Part shown: positions 47,109-57,347 of the stretch, piece by piece
Layout: each line of letters starts with the position of its first letter
Numbering within the stretch: position 1 is the first letter of the stretch
NCBI GenBank assembly: GCA_965247485.1
Contig: OZ252017.1
Span: 837,664-901,663 of the forward strand
Source of the DNA: Dehalococcoidia bacterium
GTDB taxonomy: Bacteria; Chloroflexota; Dehalococcoidia; DSTF01; WHTK01
Direction of reading: 5' to 3'
Length of the DNA: 64,000 nucleotides
Notes under the pieces: generated by a model
The model's input: the letters and a program-made list of their open reading frames with translations, nothing else
What the model was told of the DNA's origin: nothing
The model's database searches: none
Program-made: the position numbers and the translations under genes

Positions 47109-48164
47109 CTAGCGTGTCCAGTTGAACTCGTCCACTAAGACATTTGTTGCCGCCACTAGGGCGTCATGCGCACCGGCCACTAGGTTTCTCTGGACGATCG
47201 TCGCATTATAAAGGTCCACCAGGTCGTTGAAATCCAGCGCGATCGAGTTAAAGTGCTCGCGCAATTCGTCGTACTGGGCAAAGGCATCCGGCGGCAGCTG
47301 GCCCTCCGGGTAAGCCGCAAGGATCACGTCTATCTGACCGCGCAGCGCGTCCAGCTGAGCCTCAACATTGGCGACTTCCTGGCTATTCTCCGCTATCGCT
47401 GCATCGAGGCTCGCTATTTGAGCCGCCAAGACTCTTATTTGGGCTTGATTCGCGTCAATTTTCGCCTGCAGAGGTGCTCGCAGCGCTGCCACCCGCACTT
47501 CTTCATCGGCGTGGAATTGATCATGAGCGGCCTGAATCTCTAACTGTTCCTGGTTCCAGAGCGTTTCAACTTTGGTCTCCAGCACCTCACAACTCTCTGC
47601 CGCTGAGAACTCGACCATCTTCCCTCTAATGACCTCGACACCAGCGAAGTTGATGTCGACATGACGTTGCTCGTGAGCGGCAACAGCCGCTGAGAACGTT
47701 TGCCACTTCGACGCGATTTCTGCAGGAAGACTGCTTAGCCCCAAGTGTCTGGGCAAGATTACCCTGACATCGAGTGAGATTCTCATCGGGCCGATCAAGC
47801 AACCCTCCGGGAACGACAAGGTCTCCAGGCTGTATCCCCAGAGTGTCGCGGTAAGCCCGCTCGCCTTCTCCGTGTCACTATGAGGACCCGAAAGGGAAAT
47901 AGATTCGAAAATCTCGGTTGTAGTCTCCCCTTCAACCGAGTAGAAGACCGTCGTGAGGCTCGTGTCGACATGGATGCGATCTGACGCTACCGCGGTTGCT
48001 GTTGGCGTTGGCGTGGCTTCTGCCTGCGTGACCGAGGTAGACGTAGCGGTCGCCGTCGGCACTGTGCCCGGCCCCTCCGCATTGCTTTGGCTGCAGGCGG
48101 CCACTACCAGCAAGAACGCCAGCGCCAAAAATGCCTTGATCTGCTTGCGAAATGAATCGATCAC
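47109..48164 (-). CDS. lipoprotein with HExxH motif (DUF922-like) and long C-terminal coiled coil
   Basis: Lipobox LVVAAC, Thr/Ala-rich linker, AAHEQRHVD, heptad-rich Q/A/L C-terminus. Confidence 0.45.
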   Translation of the reverse strand: MIDSFRKQIKAFLALAFLLVVAACSQSNAEGPGTVPTATATSTSVTQAEATPTPTATAVASDRIHVDTSLTTVFYSVEGETTTEIFESISLSGPHSDTEKASGLTATLWGYSLETLSFPEGCLIGPMRISLDVRVILPRHLGLSSLPAEIASKWQTFSAAVAAHEQRHVDINFAGVEVIRGKMVEFSAAESCEVLETKVETLWNQEQLEIQAAHDQFHADEEVRVAALRAPLQAKIDANQAQIRVLAAQIASLDAAIAENSQEVANVEAQLDALRGQIDVILAAYPEGQLPPDAFAQYDELREHFNSIALDFNDLVDLYNATIVQRNLVAGAHDALVAATNVLVDEFNWTR

Positions 48165-48177
48165 GCTTTTTACTAGG

Positions 48178-49278
48178 CTACCGGGTGCGAATCGGAATCG
48201 CCACGGTCTTCTCCATACTCAATGCTACTCGCCAGTTCCGCCGGGAGGCGATTTTCATTACTTCATAAGGGTGAGCAGATACCTCGATCTCGATCTGGCA
48301 TTCGGCCAAGCCAGCGTCCCCCATCAATCTCGTGTACAGCCGAAAATTATTTCCGGTACCAACGGTCTCATTTATCTCGACCTCCAAAGTGGTCTCGAAG
48401 TTCCCCTTCGGCCGGCGATCACGCTGGATTATGACGTGCTCCGGGCGAACGCAGAGCGCCGCATCGTCGCCCAGATTGACATTGGAATCGGCCCTGGCGC
48501 GACCGCGAAACCAGGGCGTTTCAACTTCGACAAACTGCTCGTTCTTGACCACGACGCGACCTTTGAAAATGTTGCGGGAGTCCAGTAGCTCTGCAACTCT
48601 GACTGACGCCGGCCGGCTAAAAACCTCCGCTTTGGGCCCGAACTGCAGAACAACACCGTCATCGAATATTGCAATCTGATCGGCCAGTGAGTAAGCCTCC
48701 TGGAGGTCGTGGGTCACAAACAGAGTTGCTAGCCCCAAACGTCGCTGCAACTGTGCAACCTCACGCCGCAAAACATCACGTATCGAAGAATCGAGCGCCG
48801 TGAACGGCTCGTCTAGCAACAGCAGGCGCGGCCGCGCTGCCAACGCTCTGCCCAGCGCAACTCTTTGCTGCTGGCCACCCGACGTCGCCTGCGGAAGACG
48901 CGTCTCCATACCATTGAGTCCCAGCAACTCCACAAGCTCCGCGACGCGCTCTTGCCGCTGCGTACGAGGCCAATCCTGGATAGCAAAGCCAATGTTTTCG
49001 GCCACGGATAGGTGAGGGAACAAGGCCAAATCCTGCACTACGTAGCCCAGGTTGCGGGACTGAGGTGGCAGGTCAAGACCCCGCGCGGCGTCAAAAACCA
49101 CACCCTCTGGTAATTCGATGCGGCCAGCGTCCGGCGTGAGCAACCCAGCGATCGCGCGTAGGGTCAGCGTCTTGCCAGAGCCAGAGGGGCCAAGCAAAAC
49201 TACAAGTTCGTCCTGCGCCTCGAACCGGGGCTGTAGCCAAAACTCCCCGATCCGTTTTTCAAAGCGGACTGAAAGCAC
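48178..49278 (-). CDS. modC: molybdate ABC transporter ATP-binding protein with C-terminal TOBE domain
   Basis: Walker A GPSGSGKT, signature TSGGQQQRVALGRAL; operon with modB/modA. Confidence 0.8.
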   Translation of the reverse strand: MLSVRFEKRIGEFWLQPRFEAQDELVVLLGPSGSGKTLTLRAIAGLLTPDAGRIELPEGVVFDAARGLDLPPQSRNLGYVVQDLALFPHLSVAENIGFAIQDWPRTQRQERVAELVELLGLNGMETRLPQATSGGQQQRVALGRALAARPRLLLLDEPFTALDSSIRDVLRREVAQLQRRLGLATLFVTHDLQEAYSLADQIAIFDDGVVLQFGPKAEVFSRPASVRVAELLDSRNIFKGRVVVKNEQFVEVETPWFRGRARADSNVNLGDDAALCVRPEHVIIQRDRRPKGNFETTLEVEINETVGTGNNFRLYTRLMGDAGLAECQIEIEVSAHPYEVMKIASRRNWRVALSMEKTVAIPIRTR

Positions 49279-49280
49279 GT

Positions 49281-50120
49281 CTATATCCCGCGGCGCGCCG
49301 CTGATCCCGCAACGACACGCAGAAGAATCAACAATCCTACGCCCGTGAAGACCAAAACCACCGCCAACGCTATCGCCAGATCGATTGACCGCCCCGCATC
49401 AAAGACACCGATGATTGCCAGCGGCATTGTTTGGGTGCGCTCCGGGAAGTTGCCAGCAAACACCAAGGTTGCGCCTAACTCGCTAAGGGCCCGTGCCCAG
49501 CAAAGAATTGCCCCGGCGAGGACCGATGGCCATGAGAGGGGAAGAAGTACCTGGCGGAAGATGCGCAACGGGCTTGCGCCCAGGGTTGCCGCCACGCCTT
49601 CGTACTCGGAACTGACATTCTCAAAGCCCGCCTTCACCGTCCGTATATAAAACGGCGCCGCGACAAAAAGTTGTGCTAGGACCACGGCCGTCGTCGTGAA
49701 AGCCACTTCGATACCGAGGGAGTCCAGCTCGCCGCCGAGTATCCCTCGCCGCCCAAATGCCAGAAGCAGGGCGACCCCGGCCACAGTCGGAGGCAAGATC
49801 AGCGGCAAATCGACCAGCAAATCAACGATCGCTTTGCCAGGAAAGTTTCCACGTGCCAGCAGATAGGCGACCGGCGTGCCAAAAAGTACAGCCAGAACCA
49901 GAGCGATTGAGCTTGTCACCGCGCTCAGCCACATCGCATTGATTACAAGGCTGGAGGTGAGATTACCCGCAAGTTCGCCATTGGCGATCGCCCGCCAAAT
50001 CAAAGCCAGAATCGGCGTAACCACAAATGCGACAAAAAGGAACGCTAAGGGCATGAATGCCCGAGTCGCCTCAATGCCGCCACCCTTCCGGCTGATTTGG
50101 CGAATTCTTACGTTACTCAA
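49281..50120 (-). CDS. modB: molybdate ABC transporter permease
   Basis: EAA-loop region ARALSELGATLVFAGN typical of ModB/CysT-type permeases. Confidence 0.8.
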   Translation of the reverse strand: MSNVRIRQISRKGGGIEATRAFMPLAFLFVAFVVTPILALIWRAIANGELAGNLTSSLVINAMWLSAVTSSIALVLAVLFGTPVAYLLARGNFPGKAIVDLLVDLPLILPPTVAGVALLLAFGRRGILGGELDSLGIEVAFTTTAVVLAQLFVAAPFYIRTVKAGFENVSSEYEGVAATLGASPLRIFRQVLLPLSWPSVLAGAILCWARALSELGATLVFAGNFPERTQTMPLAIIGVFDAGRSIDLAIALAVVLVFTGVGLLILLRVVAGSAARRGI

Positions 50121-50964
50121 AGGGTAAAAAACCGTATGACTTCAGAATAAGTTGGCCTGTGGCCGACAAGACAAAGTCGATAAACGCCCGCGCACCGGAC
50201 TCATTTTTTCCTTCCGCCACCAGGGCGATCGGGTAAGAGACCACCAGGTTAAACCGCTCAGGCACCGCGATTACGTTGAGATCGGTCGCGAGGTCCGGGG
50301 TGACATCCGTAAAGTAGACCACGCCTGCATCAGCCTCTCCCAGGGCTACTTTCGCCGCGACCTGCTTCACATTGCTTTCTAATGAGATCACATTTGCCAA
50401 GACCGCGGCGCTAAAATCCGGACCGTATGCTGTCTCATCGCTCATGGCAGTCAAGATCTGCCGCGTGTAGAACCCAACCGGAACCTGCTCGTTAGCCAGG
50501 ATTATCTTGTTGCCATCACGCCGTAAATCCAGTGGTGATTCGATCATTGCCGGGTTGGCCGCGGGAGTAATAATCACCAGCGTGCTGCGGGCAAAAACAC
50601 TCGCATTCCCCGCTACCACTCCTTTTTGTTCAGCAATCTCCATCTGCTCAACATTGGCGCTAGCGAAAACATCGGCGCGTGCGCCCTGTTCAAGCTGAAA
50701 CCTCAGCGTCGGGGTACCGGCAAAGCTGAAAACTACCTTAATGCCAGGGTGATCTTCCTTAAAACGCACCCCAATCTCAGTGAAAGCAGATGAGAGAGAG
50801 GCTGCCGCAAAAACAGTAATCTCTCCGTCCAACCCATCGCTGTTCTTAGGCTCAGAAGGATTGAGGTCGCCACCGCAGCCAACTCCAATGAATGTCAGCA
50901 ATAGGGCTGCAGTAGCTATCAAGGCCCTTCTCAAGTACCTAATCCTCACCTGCAGCCAAGGCAA
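50113..50964 (-). CDS. modA: molybdate-binding periplasmic protein
   Basis: Lipoprotein signal; ITVFAAASLSSAF...VVFSFAGTPTL motif. Confidence 0.8.
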   Translation of the reverse strand: MPWLQVRIRYLRRALIATAALLLTFIGVGCGGDLNPSEPKNSDGLDGEITVFAAASLSSAFTEIGVRFKEDHPGIKVVFSFAGTPTLRFQLEQGARADVFASANVEQMEIAEQKGVVAGNASVFARSTLVIITPAANPAMIESPLDLRRDGNKIILANEQVPVGFYTRQILTAMSDETAYGPDFSAAVLANVISLESNVKQVAAKVALGEADAGVVYFTDVTPDLATDLNVIAVPERFNLVVSYPIALVAEGKNESGARAFIDFVLSATGQLILKSYGFLPFE

Positions 50965-51487
50965 CTAGACTTTCCTGGAGCCAGGCGCGAGTGGACTCCG
51001 CCGCGGAAGCTTTCGACGCCAAGACGATGGAGTCGAAGCTCATCGACTCAACAGCTTCGGCCTGCCGCGTTATGTCTAATGAATAAGAATCGCAAGCTTC
51101 GATCTGACTGGCGATCAATCGACGGGCCAGGCCCGGCTGCTCTTCCAAGGCGAAGTAGAGCTTAGCGAGAAAATCATTGCGTACCTCGCGCATGCGGCTG
51201 ACCGGTCGCAAGAGCCAACGTTGGAACTCCGCCTCACCTTCCGCCGTGATTGCGTAGATCGCCTTCGGCGGGTATTCGCTCCGATCCCATTCGCCATCAA
51301 TCAACTCAAGGCCTGAAAGCGACTTGAGGATCGCGTAAACCATCGCTGGCTCGACCGGGCAGACCCGGCCCAACCCGCTCCCAGCAACAAGATGACGCTG
51401 CAGGTCATAGCCATGGGCTGGCCGGCGGCGCAACAGACCTAGAACTGCGTACTCGCTAGCCGTTAGAAAAGTCTTAGCTCGAGGCAT
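50939..51487 (-). CDS. PadR-family transcriptional regulator
   Basis: Winged helix LSEYAVLGLLRRRPAHGYDL...AIYAITAEGEAEF. Confidence 0.75.
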   Translation of the reverse strand: MPRAKTFLTASEYAVLGLLRRRPAHGYDLQRHLVAGSGLGRVCPVEPAMVYAILKSLSGLELIDGEWDRSEYPPKAIYAITAEGEAEFQRWLLRPVSRMREVRNDFLAKLYFALEEQPGLARRLIASQIEACDSYSLDITRQAEAVESMSFDSIVLASKASAAESTRAWLQESLVALAAGED

Positions 51488-51936
51488 TACTCAGCAAATA
51501 CTTAATCAATTATTGAGTATCGTCAAGCAGTTCGCCCTCGCTACGCCAGACCGTCACAACCGTAACCAGTGCCAGAAAAAGACCGAGCTAGCCGCACCGC
51601 CGCCGCTGCCGGTCGCGGAACCGTAGATCAGTCGGGTCCTTGAGCGCCCGCTGCCAACTCAGCCAAAATAGCGCCGCGGTTACGATGACAATGTCCAGGC
51701 CAAAGAACAGCACCATCACGGCCAGGTCGATGGTCACTCTGGCTTCTCGTAGGACGTCGGGGATGAGTCCATTTTTATGATCCGCCTCCCTGCCGATCAA
51801 AGAGTCTAAGAGTCTAAAACGCGGCTCCCCGCTAAGGCATTTCAGCCCGCCAGCCGGGGTGGCAATTGACATCGCGCTTCTAGGCCGGAATGATCGCTGA
51901 GTGAATCCGTGCAGCCCAGCATGACTAGGAGTAAGA

Positions 51937-52809
51937 ATGAAAATTGGTGCTGTATTTCCCCAGACTGAGATCGGCAGCGATCCAGGCGGGATCCGCGACT
52001 ATGCCCAGGCGGTCGAAGCGCTCGGCTTCAACCACCTGCTTGCCTTCGACCATGTTGTTGGCGCTGACCCAGACCGCCCCGGTGGTTGGGACAGACCATA
52101 TGACAAGAACAGCATGTTCCACGAACCGATGGTCCTGTTTGGCTATCTAGCCAGCCTGACCAAGCGAATTGGCCTGGTCAGCAACGTAATCATCTTGCCT
52201 CAGCGCCAAACCGTGCTGGTCGCCAAGCAGGCCGCGGAGATCGATGTACTAAGCGGCGGCCGCCTTCGGCTAGGCGTCGGCATCGGCTGGAATCAGGTGG
52301 AGTACCAAAGCCTCAACCAGGAATTTTCAGACCGCGGCCGCCGGGTCGTCGAGCAGATTAGTGTCCTGCGCGCCCTCTGGACCAAGGAAGTCGTTAACTT
52401 CAAAGGACGCTGGCACAATATTGAGCTCGCCGGTATCAATCCACTGCCGGTCCAGCGCCCAATTCCGATTTGGATCGGCGGCGGCGCCGCCGCCGTGCTT
52501 CGTCGCATCGCCCGCCACGCCGACGGCTGGTTCCCTCAGTTTCCATTAGACGAAAATGCCCGACCAATCATGGACCAACTCCAAACCTACATACGCGATG
52601 CTGGACGGGAACCATCCGATGTCGGCATCGAAGCGCGCCTCGAATTTTCGCGCATGAACTGGGAAGAAATGGCAGAGGCGATCGAGACCTGGCGTGATTT
52701 GGGCGCCACCCACATCGGTATCAACACAATGAGGGCGGACCTCAAGACCCCTGAGGACCACATCAAAGTACTAACCCAGTTCCGAGAATTAACAAGTCAG
52801 TACACTTGA
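51937..52809 (+). CDS. LLM-class F420-dependent oxidoreductase (luciferase-like monooxygenase family)
   Basis: TIM-barrel LLM N-terminus MKIGAVFPQTEIGSDPGGIRDYAQAVEALGFNHLLAFDHV. Confidence 0.75.
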   Translation: MKIGAVFPQTEIGSDPGGIRDYAQAVEALGFNHLLAFDHVVGADPDRPGGWDRPYDKNSMFHEPMVLFGYLASLTKRIGLVSNVIILPQRQTVLVAKQAAEIDVLSGGRLRLGVGIGWNQVEYQSLNQEFSDRGRRVVEQISVLRALWTKEVVNFKGRWHNIELAGINPLPVQRPIPIWIGGGAAAVLRRIARHADGWFPQFPLDENARPIMDQLQTYIRDAGREPSDVGIEARLEFSRMNWEEMAEAIETWRDLGATHIGINTMRADLKTPEDHIKVLTQFRELTSQYT

Positions 52810-52854
52810 AGATCGTCGGGCGTTCTGGCCTACTAAAGTGGAGAGGTAACCAAA

Positions 52855-53088
52855 ATGGGTAAGGAACAGCTTCAGGCTTTGGCAAGAATCATCCAGGAGC
52901 AATCGGCAAAGGGACCGGGTAACGCCGTAACCGGTTCCTGGACAATTCGTTGGGATGGTGAGCGCGAGGTCTTTACCTTCGATAAGTGCGAAGACGGCTT
53001 CTATTGCGCTGAGCGCCCCGCCGTCGTCGACCTGGAAGGCCGTGTGTTAGATCCCGGCGGTCCGCTTTTCGAGGAAGCTCCAGAGTGA
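52855..53088 (+). CDS. hypothetical protein (77 aa)
   Basis: ORF with RBS-like GGAGAGG upstream. Confidence 0.3.
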   Translation: MGKEQLQALARIIQEQSAKGPGNAVTGSWTIRWDGEREVFTFDKCEDGFYCAERPAVVDLEGRVLDPGGPLFEEAPE

Positions 53089-53879
53089 ACCCACGCCTCG
53101 TGGGCGCCGCATTGCAGCGCCTCGCCGGAACCGGCCGCCTGGTGGTCTACGATGTCGCGGCTGACAGCGCACCATCGCGCGCCACTACCTCGACCCCTTT
53201 TGTTCGCGGAGGGGATGATTGGTGGCGCTTCGTCCAGCGCCGCCGTGCCCTGGATGACGGGCTCGACTTAAACCTACTCGTCTCGCTGCGCCGGCTGAGC
53301 CCGGATGAGCGGCTCTTGGTTGTGGGCTGGGGCACCGCCTTCACCAATTCATTTCTGCTGGTCGAACCCAGCGATGTGTCGGTCAACTTCACCACTCAAG
53401 CCGGCGTCACAGATTTCGCCAGCGCCAATGATCTTGCCGAGCCCGAAAAGCTAATCCGAGCAGCCTATGCGGAATGGGTCTACTGGGTTCGCGATCGCGG
53501 CAGTGATCTTGAAAGTCGCACCGCGCGGCTCGATGTCATGAACCCAAACCAAACGATCTGGCAAACGATCTGGGACCAACTGCCGCAAACCTTCGACGCC
53601 GCGGAGTTTCTCTCAATCCTGACTCTGCTCAACCTGCGCGAGCCGGAACTTTTTACTGGTGGGCGCGAGGTGGCTCGGGCAATTGTGCCTTTCCTCACCC
53701 GTCTGGGCATGCCAATCCTCTACGACGCTCGACACGTTATGCAGGCTATGCGTCAGCTAATCAATGCTGGGCTGGCTTCAGCCCAGGACCCGCAAGAAAA
53801 CCTGCGAACCTACCGCGGTCCTGGTGCACCATTGCCAGCAGAAATAAGTGACGAGCGCTTTGCGCTCATGCTCCGCTAA
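53085..53879 (+). CDS. hypothetical protein (264 aa)
   Basis: ORF translationally coupled to the preceding one; no motif recognised. Confidence 0.4.
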   Translation: MNPRLVGAALQRLAGTGRLVVYDVAADSAPSRATTSTPFVRGGDDWWRFVQRRRALDDGLDLNLLVSLRRLSPDERLLVVGWGTAFTNSFLLVEPSDVSVNFTTQAGVTDFASANDLAEPEKLIRAAYAEWVYWVRDRGSDLESRTARLDVMNPNQTIWQTIWDQLPQTFDAAEFLSILTLLNLREPELFTGGREVARAIVPFLTRLGMPILYDARHVMQAMRQLINAGLASAQDPQENLRTYRGPGAPLPAEISDERFALMLR

Positions 53880-54732
53880 CGCCAGCCCCTCGTCTCCTGC
53901 CAACCACCGCTGCGATCAGCCCGCGCCGTGGTGAGAAGAGAGCAACCGCCATGAACAGGCTGGTCGCCGTGAGTACAATCGTGCCGCCCGCCGCCAAATC
54001 GGTGTGCCAGGAGACATACAAACCAATGACGCCAGATGCGGCGCCAAGCACCGCACTCAGCGGCATCATCCGATCCATATCGTCCACAAGCAGGCGCGCC
54101 GTCGCTGCCGGCGTGACAAACATCGCCAAAACCAGCACATTCCCGACAGCTCGCAGTGAAACCACGATGGCCAAGGTGATCAGCATCAGCAGTAACGTCT
54201 CAAGCCAAAAGACCGGCAGGCCCATCGCCATCGCCATCTCGCGGTCGAAAGATGTCAGAATTAGGACCCGGCGCAACACGAAGCCAATCGCTAAGGCCAG
54301 ACCCCCAAAGCCCAAGCTCAGGTAAATATCCGTCGAGGTCACCGACAGAACATCGCCAAAAAGCAACGCCGTTAAGTCCCGCGTGTAGCCCGGGGATGTG
54401 CTGATTAGCACGACACCAAGTGCAAACGTCCCCGCAAAGACGACACCGATCGCCGTGTCCTCACGTAAGCGCCGGGTCAAACTCACACTGCTGATCATCA
54501 TTGCTGTCAAGAGTCCGAATGCCGCGCCGCCGGCGAAGAAGTTAATCTTGAGCAGGAAGGCGATTACAACACCCGGGAACACCGCGTGCGAAATCGCGTC
54601 GCCCACGAAGGCTAGACCGCGAATCACGACGAAGGCCCCGAGAAAACCCGCCACCGATCCCACGATCAGCACTTCGAGCAATGCCATGCGCATGAAACGA
54701 AATGAGAGCGGATCTAGCAGCCAGTCCAACAT
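53866..54732 (-). CDS. metal (Zn/Mn) ABC transporter permease, ABC-3 family
   Basis: ZnuB/MntB-like multi-TM with conserved DxxxA...G-rich helices. Confidence 0.8.
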   Translation of the reverse strand: MLDWLLDPLSFRFMRMALLEVLIVGSVAGFLGAFVVIRGLAFVGDAISHAVFPGVVIAFLLKINFFAGGAAFGLLTAMMISSVSLTRRLREDTAIGVVFAGTFALGVVLISTSPGYTRDLTALLFGDVLSVTSTDIYLSLGFGGLALAIGFVLRRVLILTSFDREMAMAMGLPVFWLETLLLMLITLAIVVSLRAVGNVLVLAMFVTPAATARLLVDDMDRMMPLSAVLGAASGVIGLYVSWHTDLAAGGTIVLTATSLFMAVALFSPRRGLIAAVVGRRRGAGVSGA

Positions 54733-54740
54733 GCCTGCAA

Positions 54741-55571
54741 TCAGTCCCCAGTTTCGTGGTGGTGCGCATCTTCCAGGATGTGGTCAAAGTGCTCCTCGCC
54801 GTGCAGCAGGTGCAGGTGCGTCCCATAGGCGTTGCTCAGAACACTCTCGGTCAGTGTTTCTCGCGTGGGACCAAAGGCAACTAGCCTCTGGTTTAAAACA
54901 CAAACCGTGTCACAGTTAGCTGAGGCCTGATTTAGATCGTGTGTCGCCATGATCACGGTTCGGCCTTGGTCTCGCATAGAGCCAAGGATTTCCAGAAAAA
55001 CGTCTTGGGTTTGCGGGTCGACTCCGGTCATTGGCTCGTCAACCAGGACAACGCTGCCTTCCTGCGCCAAAGTCCTGGCAAAAAGTACCCTCTGCTGCTG
55101 GCCAAACGACAGCTCACCGATCGCCGACCTGCGCAAGTCAGCCAGACCGACTCGCTCTAACGCGCCCTCCGCCGCCTCTTTATCTGATTTAGACGGCGAT
55201 CGCAGCCAACCCGCATGGCGAAGCCGGCCCATAAGTGCGACATCAAGTGCTCGTAATGGCAAATCGAGCTCCAGGTCCTTGCGCTGCGGCAAGTAGGCGA
55301 ACACCTCACGTGCCTCCGTAGGCGTCCTTCCGTCCATGTCGATTCGTCCAGAGGCCAAGCCGAGAACTCCCAAGATCGCCCGTAGCAGTGTGCTTTTGCC
55401 CGACCCATTCGGCCCGATAACTCCGAGGAATGAGCCAGGGTCGATCACACAGCTTATTTCGCTAAGCGCTGGTCGTTCCCCCAACAGGACGCTGACTTTG
55501 TCAATCCGAATCGCCGGAACGGCCCCGGCTAGCCGTCCGCTGGTGTTGGCTCGAATCCCTAAAACCGACAT
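54741..55571 (-). CDS. metal ABC transporter ATP-binding protein (ZnuC/MntA-like)
   Basis: Walker A GPNGSGKST, signature LSFGQQQRVLFARTL, Walker B VVLVDEPMTGVD. Confidence 0.85.
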   Translation of the reverse strand: MSVLGIRANTSGRLAGAVPAIRIDKVSVLLGERPALSEISCVIDPGSFLGVIGPNGSGKSTLLRAILGVLGLASGRIDMDGRTPTEAREVFAYLPQRKDLELDLPLRALDVALMGRLRHAGWLRSPSKSDKEAAEGALERVGLADLRRSAIGELSFGQQQRVLFARTLAQEGSVVLVDEPMTGVDPQTQDVFLEILGSMRDQGRTVIMATHDLNQASANCDTVCVLNQRLVAFGPTRETLTESVLSNAYGTHLHLLHGEEHFDHILEDAHHHETGD

Positions 55572-55654
55572 AACAGATACTTTATCTCAAACAGAACCAG
55601 CGACGCGACTTTGAGCAGCCCTGTAATAAAGCCCCGGACTATAATTGATTCATC

Positions 55655-56428
55655 ATGATCAGTGGCGCTCGCTACGTGAACGGAATGCCTGAGCGGTCGT
55701 GGCCAGCGGATCACGCTGACATTCTTGACCTGCTGGCAAGCGCGGAGCCAGTTCAAGCAGCCATTTTGGCCGCCGGCTCCAATTACGTCTATTTATTGAC
55801 CCTTCGCGACGCGTCCGCCGGCGATGGCTACGCCGTCTACAAACCAAAGCACGGCGAAGCCCCCTTGTCGGACTTTCCCGAAGGGACCTTGTACAAGCGT
55901 GAGTATGCTTCCTATCTAGTTAGCGAAGCCCTTGGCTGGGGCCTGGTGCCGCCAACGATCATTCGCCAGGCAGCGCTGCAGCCGGGTGTTGGAGCCCTTC
56001 AACTGTTTATCGTTCACGATCCGGCCCAGCACTACTTTACCCTGCGCCAAGACCACGCCGAAGAAATGAAACGAGTTGCGGTTTTTGACTGGCTGACAAA
56101 CAATGCCGATCGCAAGGGAGGCCATTGCCTCCTGGCCCCCGATCATCGCATCTGGTGCATCGACCAGGGCCTCACCTTCCACGAAGACGACAAACTCCGG
56201 ACCGTAATCTGGGACTTCCAAGGCCAGCCAGTCCCGGCCCGCCTGGCCGGCGAAGTCGCTGAATTCGGCAATCAACTCCGAGAAGATGAAAACCTTCGCT
56301 CTCAACTAATGGAGCTTATTAGTGAAGCCGAGTTTGCCGCCCTGGCCAGGCGAGCCGAGATCATCGGCCGAAACGGCATCTTCCCGCAGCCGCCCGTCAG
56401 CCGGCCCTACCCCTGGCCGATGATTTAG
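55655..56428 (+). CDS. SCO1664-family protein (PI3/4-kinase-like fold)
   Basis: ...DWLTNNADRKGGHCLL...IWCIDQGLTFHEDDKLRTVIWDF pattern. Confidence 0.55.
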   Translation: MISGARYVNGMPERSWPADHADILDLLASAEPVQAAILAAGSNYVYLLTLRDASAGDGYAVYKPKHGEAPLSDFPEGTLYKREYASYLVSEALGWGLVPPTIIRQAALQPGVGALQLFIVHDPAQHYFTLRQDHAEEMKRVAVFDWLTNNADRKGGHCLLAPDHRIWCIDQGLTFHEDDKLRTVIWDFQGQPVPARLAGEVAEFGNQLREDENLRSQLMELISEAEFAALARRAEIIGRNGIFPQPPVSRPYPWPMI

Positions 56429-56455
56429 CTCAGGGTCAAAAAAAAACGCGTCCGG

Positions 56456-56992
56456 CTATGACGTCCCCGCCTCGCCCCAAACGCGCTTCAGCGCTTCTTT
56501 TCGAACGTCTTCGCGTACGCCGGCGATCCGGAAGCCAAGGTCGCGAACCGTAACCAGCGTCTCTACTACTTGAGCGGCCTTGGGCCCTCGCAGCGCGGAG
56601 TCAAAGTCTTTCGAAATATCGAGAGCTAGGCCAATCGCTTCTTCAGCGACCTTCTGCCCTTCCGGCGTCAGCCCAACCCACACCACCCGCCTATCCTGCC
56701 GATCACGACTCCTAGTGATCAGGTCGCGGTCTTCCAAGCGGTTGAGCAGTCCGCTGACGCTATGGGTCTCTTGAAGCAGTAAGGCCGCCAGCATGGATGG
56801 CGTGATCTTTTCTTTCGCGTAATAGACAAGCGCTAGAATGCGCTGTTGTGCCACGCTGAGCTTGAGATGCGCAAGCCGCTTCTCCAAGCCCCTCTGCGCC
56901 ACATTGGCAGCATCAATTAGCGTCATTAGCGGCATGGTCTCCGAACGTACAGAGTCCTTCGCCAGATTTGTCATCATCGTTCTCCTATCCAA
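56456..56992 (-). CDS. MarR-family transcriptional regulator
   Basis: Winged-helix core LSVAQQRILALVYYA...VSGLLNRLEDRDLITR...DRR. Confidence 0.8.
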   Translation of the reverse strand: MDRRTMMTNLAKDSVRSETMPLMTLIDAANVAQRGLEKRLAHLKLSVAQQRILALVYYAKEKITPSMLAALLLQETHSVSGLLNRLEDRDLITRSRDRQDRRVVWVGLTPEGQKVAEEAIGLALDISKDFDSALRGPKAAQVVETLVTVRDLGFRIAGVREDVRKEALKRVWGEAGTS

Positions 56993-57023
56993 CTAACCTT
57001 CGTGCCGGCCGAATCTAGACGGT

Positions 57024-57047
57024 ATTACTCGCTAGAGTATCAGTAAT
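57024..57047. promoter_or_regulatory. nested palindrome ATTACTC-GCTA-GAGTATCAGTAAT about 30 bp upstream of MarR start; candidate MarR operator
   Basis: ATTACT/AGTAAT outer arms and TACTC/GAGTA inner arms in the MarR-purA intergenic region. Confidence 0.3.
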
Positions 57048-57347
57048 GGGCCGATGGTACCGGTCGATCAATCTATGCACAAGATGAAAATTATAGAATT
57101 TCGCATTAAATTTGTTTCAACTTAGAAATTGCTCGTCAGAGAAGAAGACCTCTCGCAAAGGTGATCGAGCTCGGGCCATCTAAAGAACGGGGGCTATAGA
57201 GCGCCCGGCAGCGGCTGAAATCATAGCCGGGCACGCAGGGTCACAACTAATCCGCTCGCCGAAATCTTTCTGGTATACTCCATCCCGGCGCGGCCAAGAG
57301 CTCGCACGACGAGAGAAGGAGCACCCCGACAACAGTCGGGGTTAATT

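Noticed and set aside
51588-51872. 94-aa minus-strand ORF between the PadR regulator and the LLM oxidoreductase
   Set aside because: Possible small membrane protein, but no RBS or homology evidence, so it is left unannotated.
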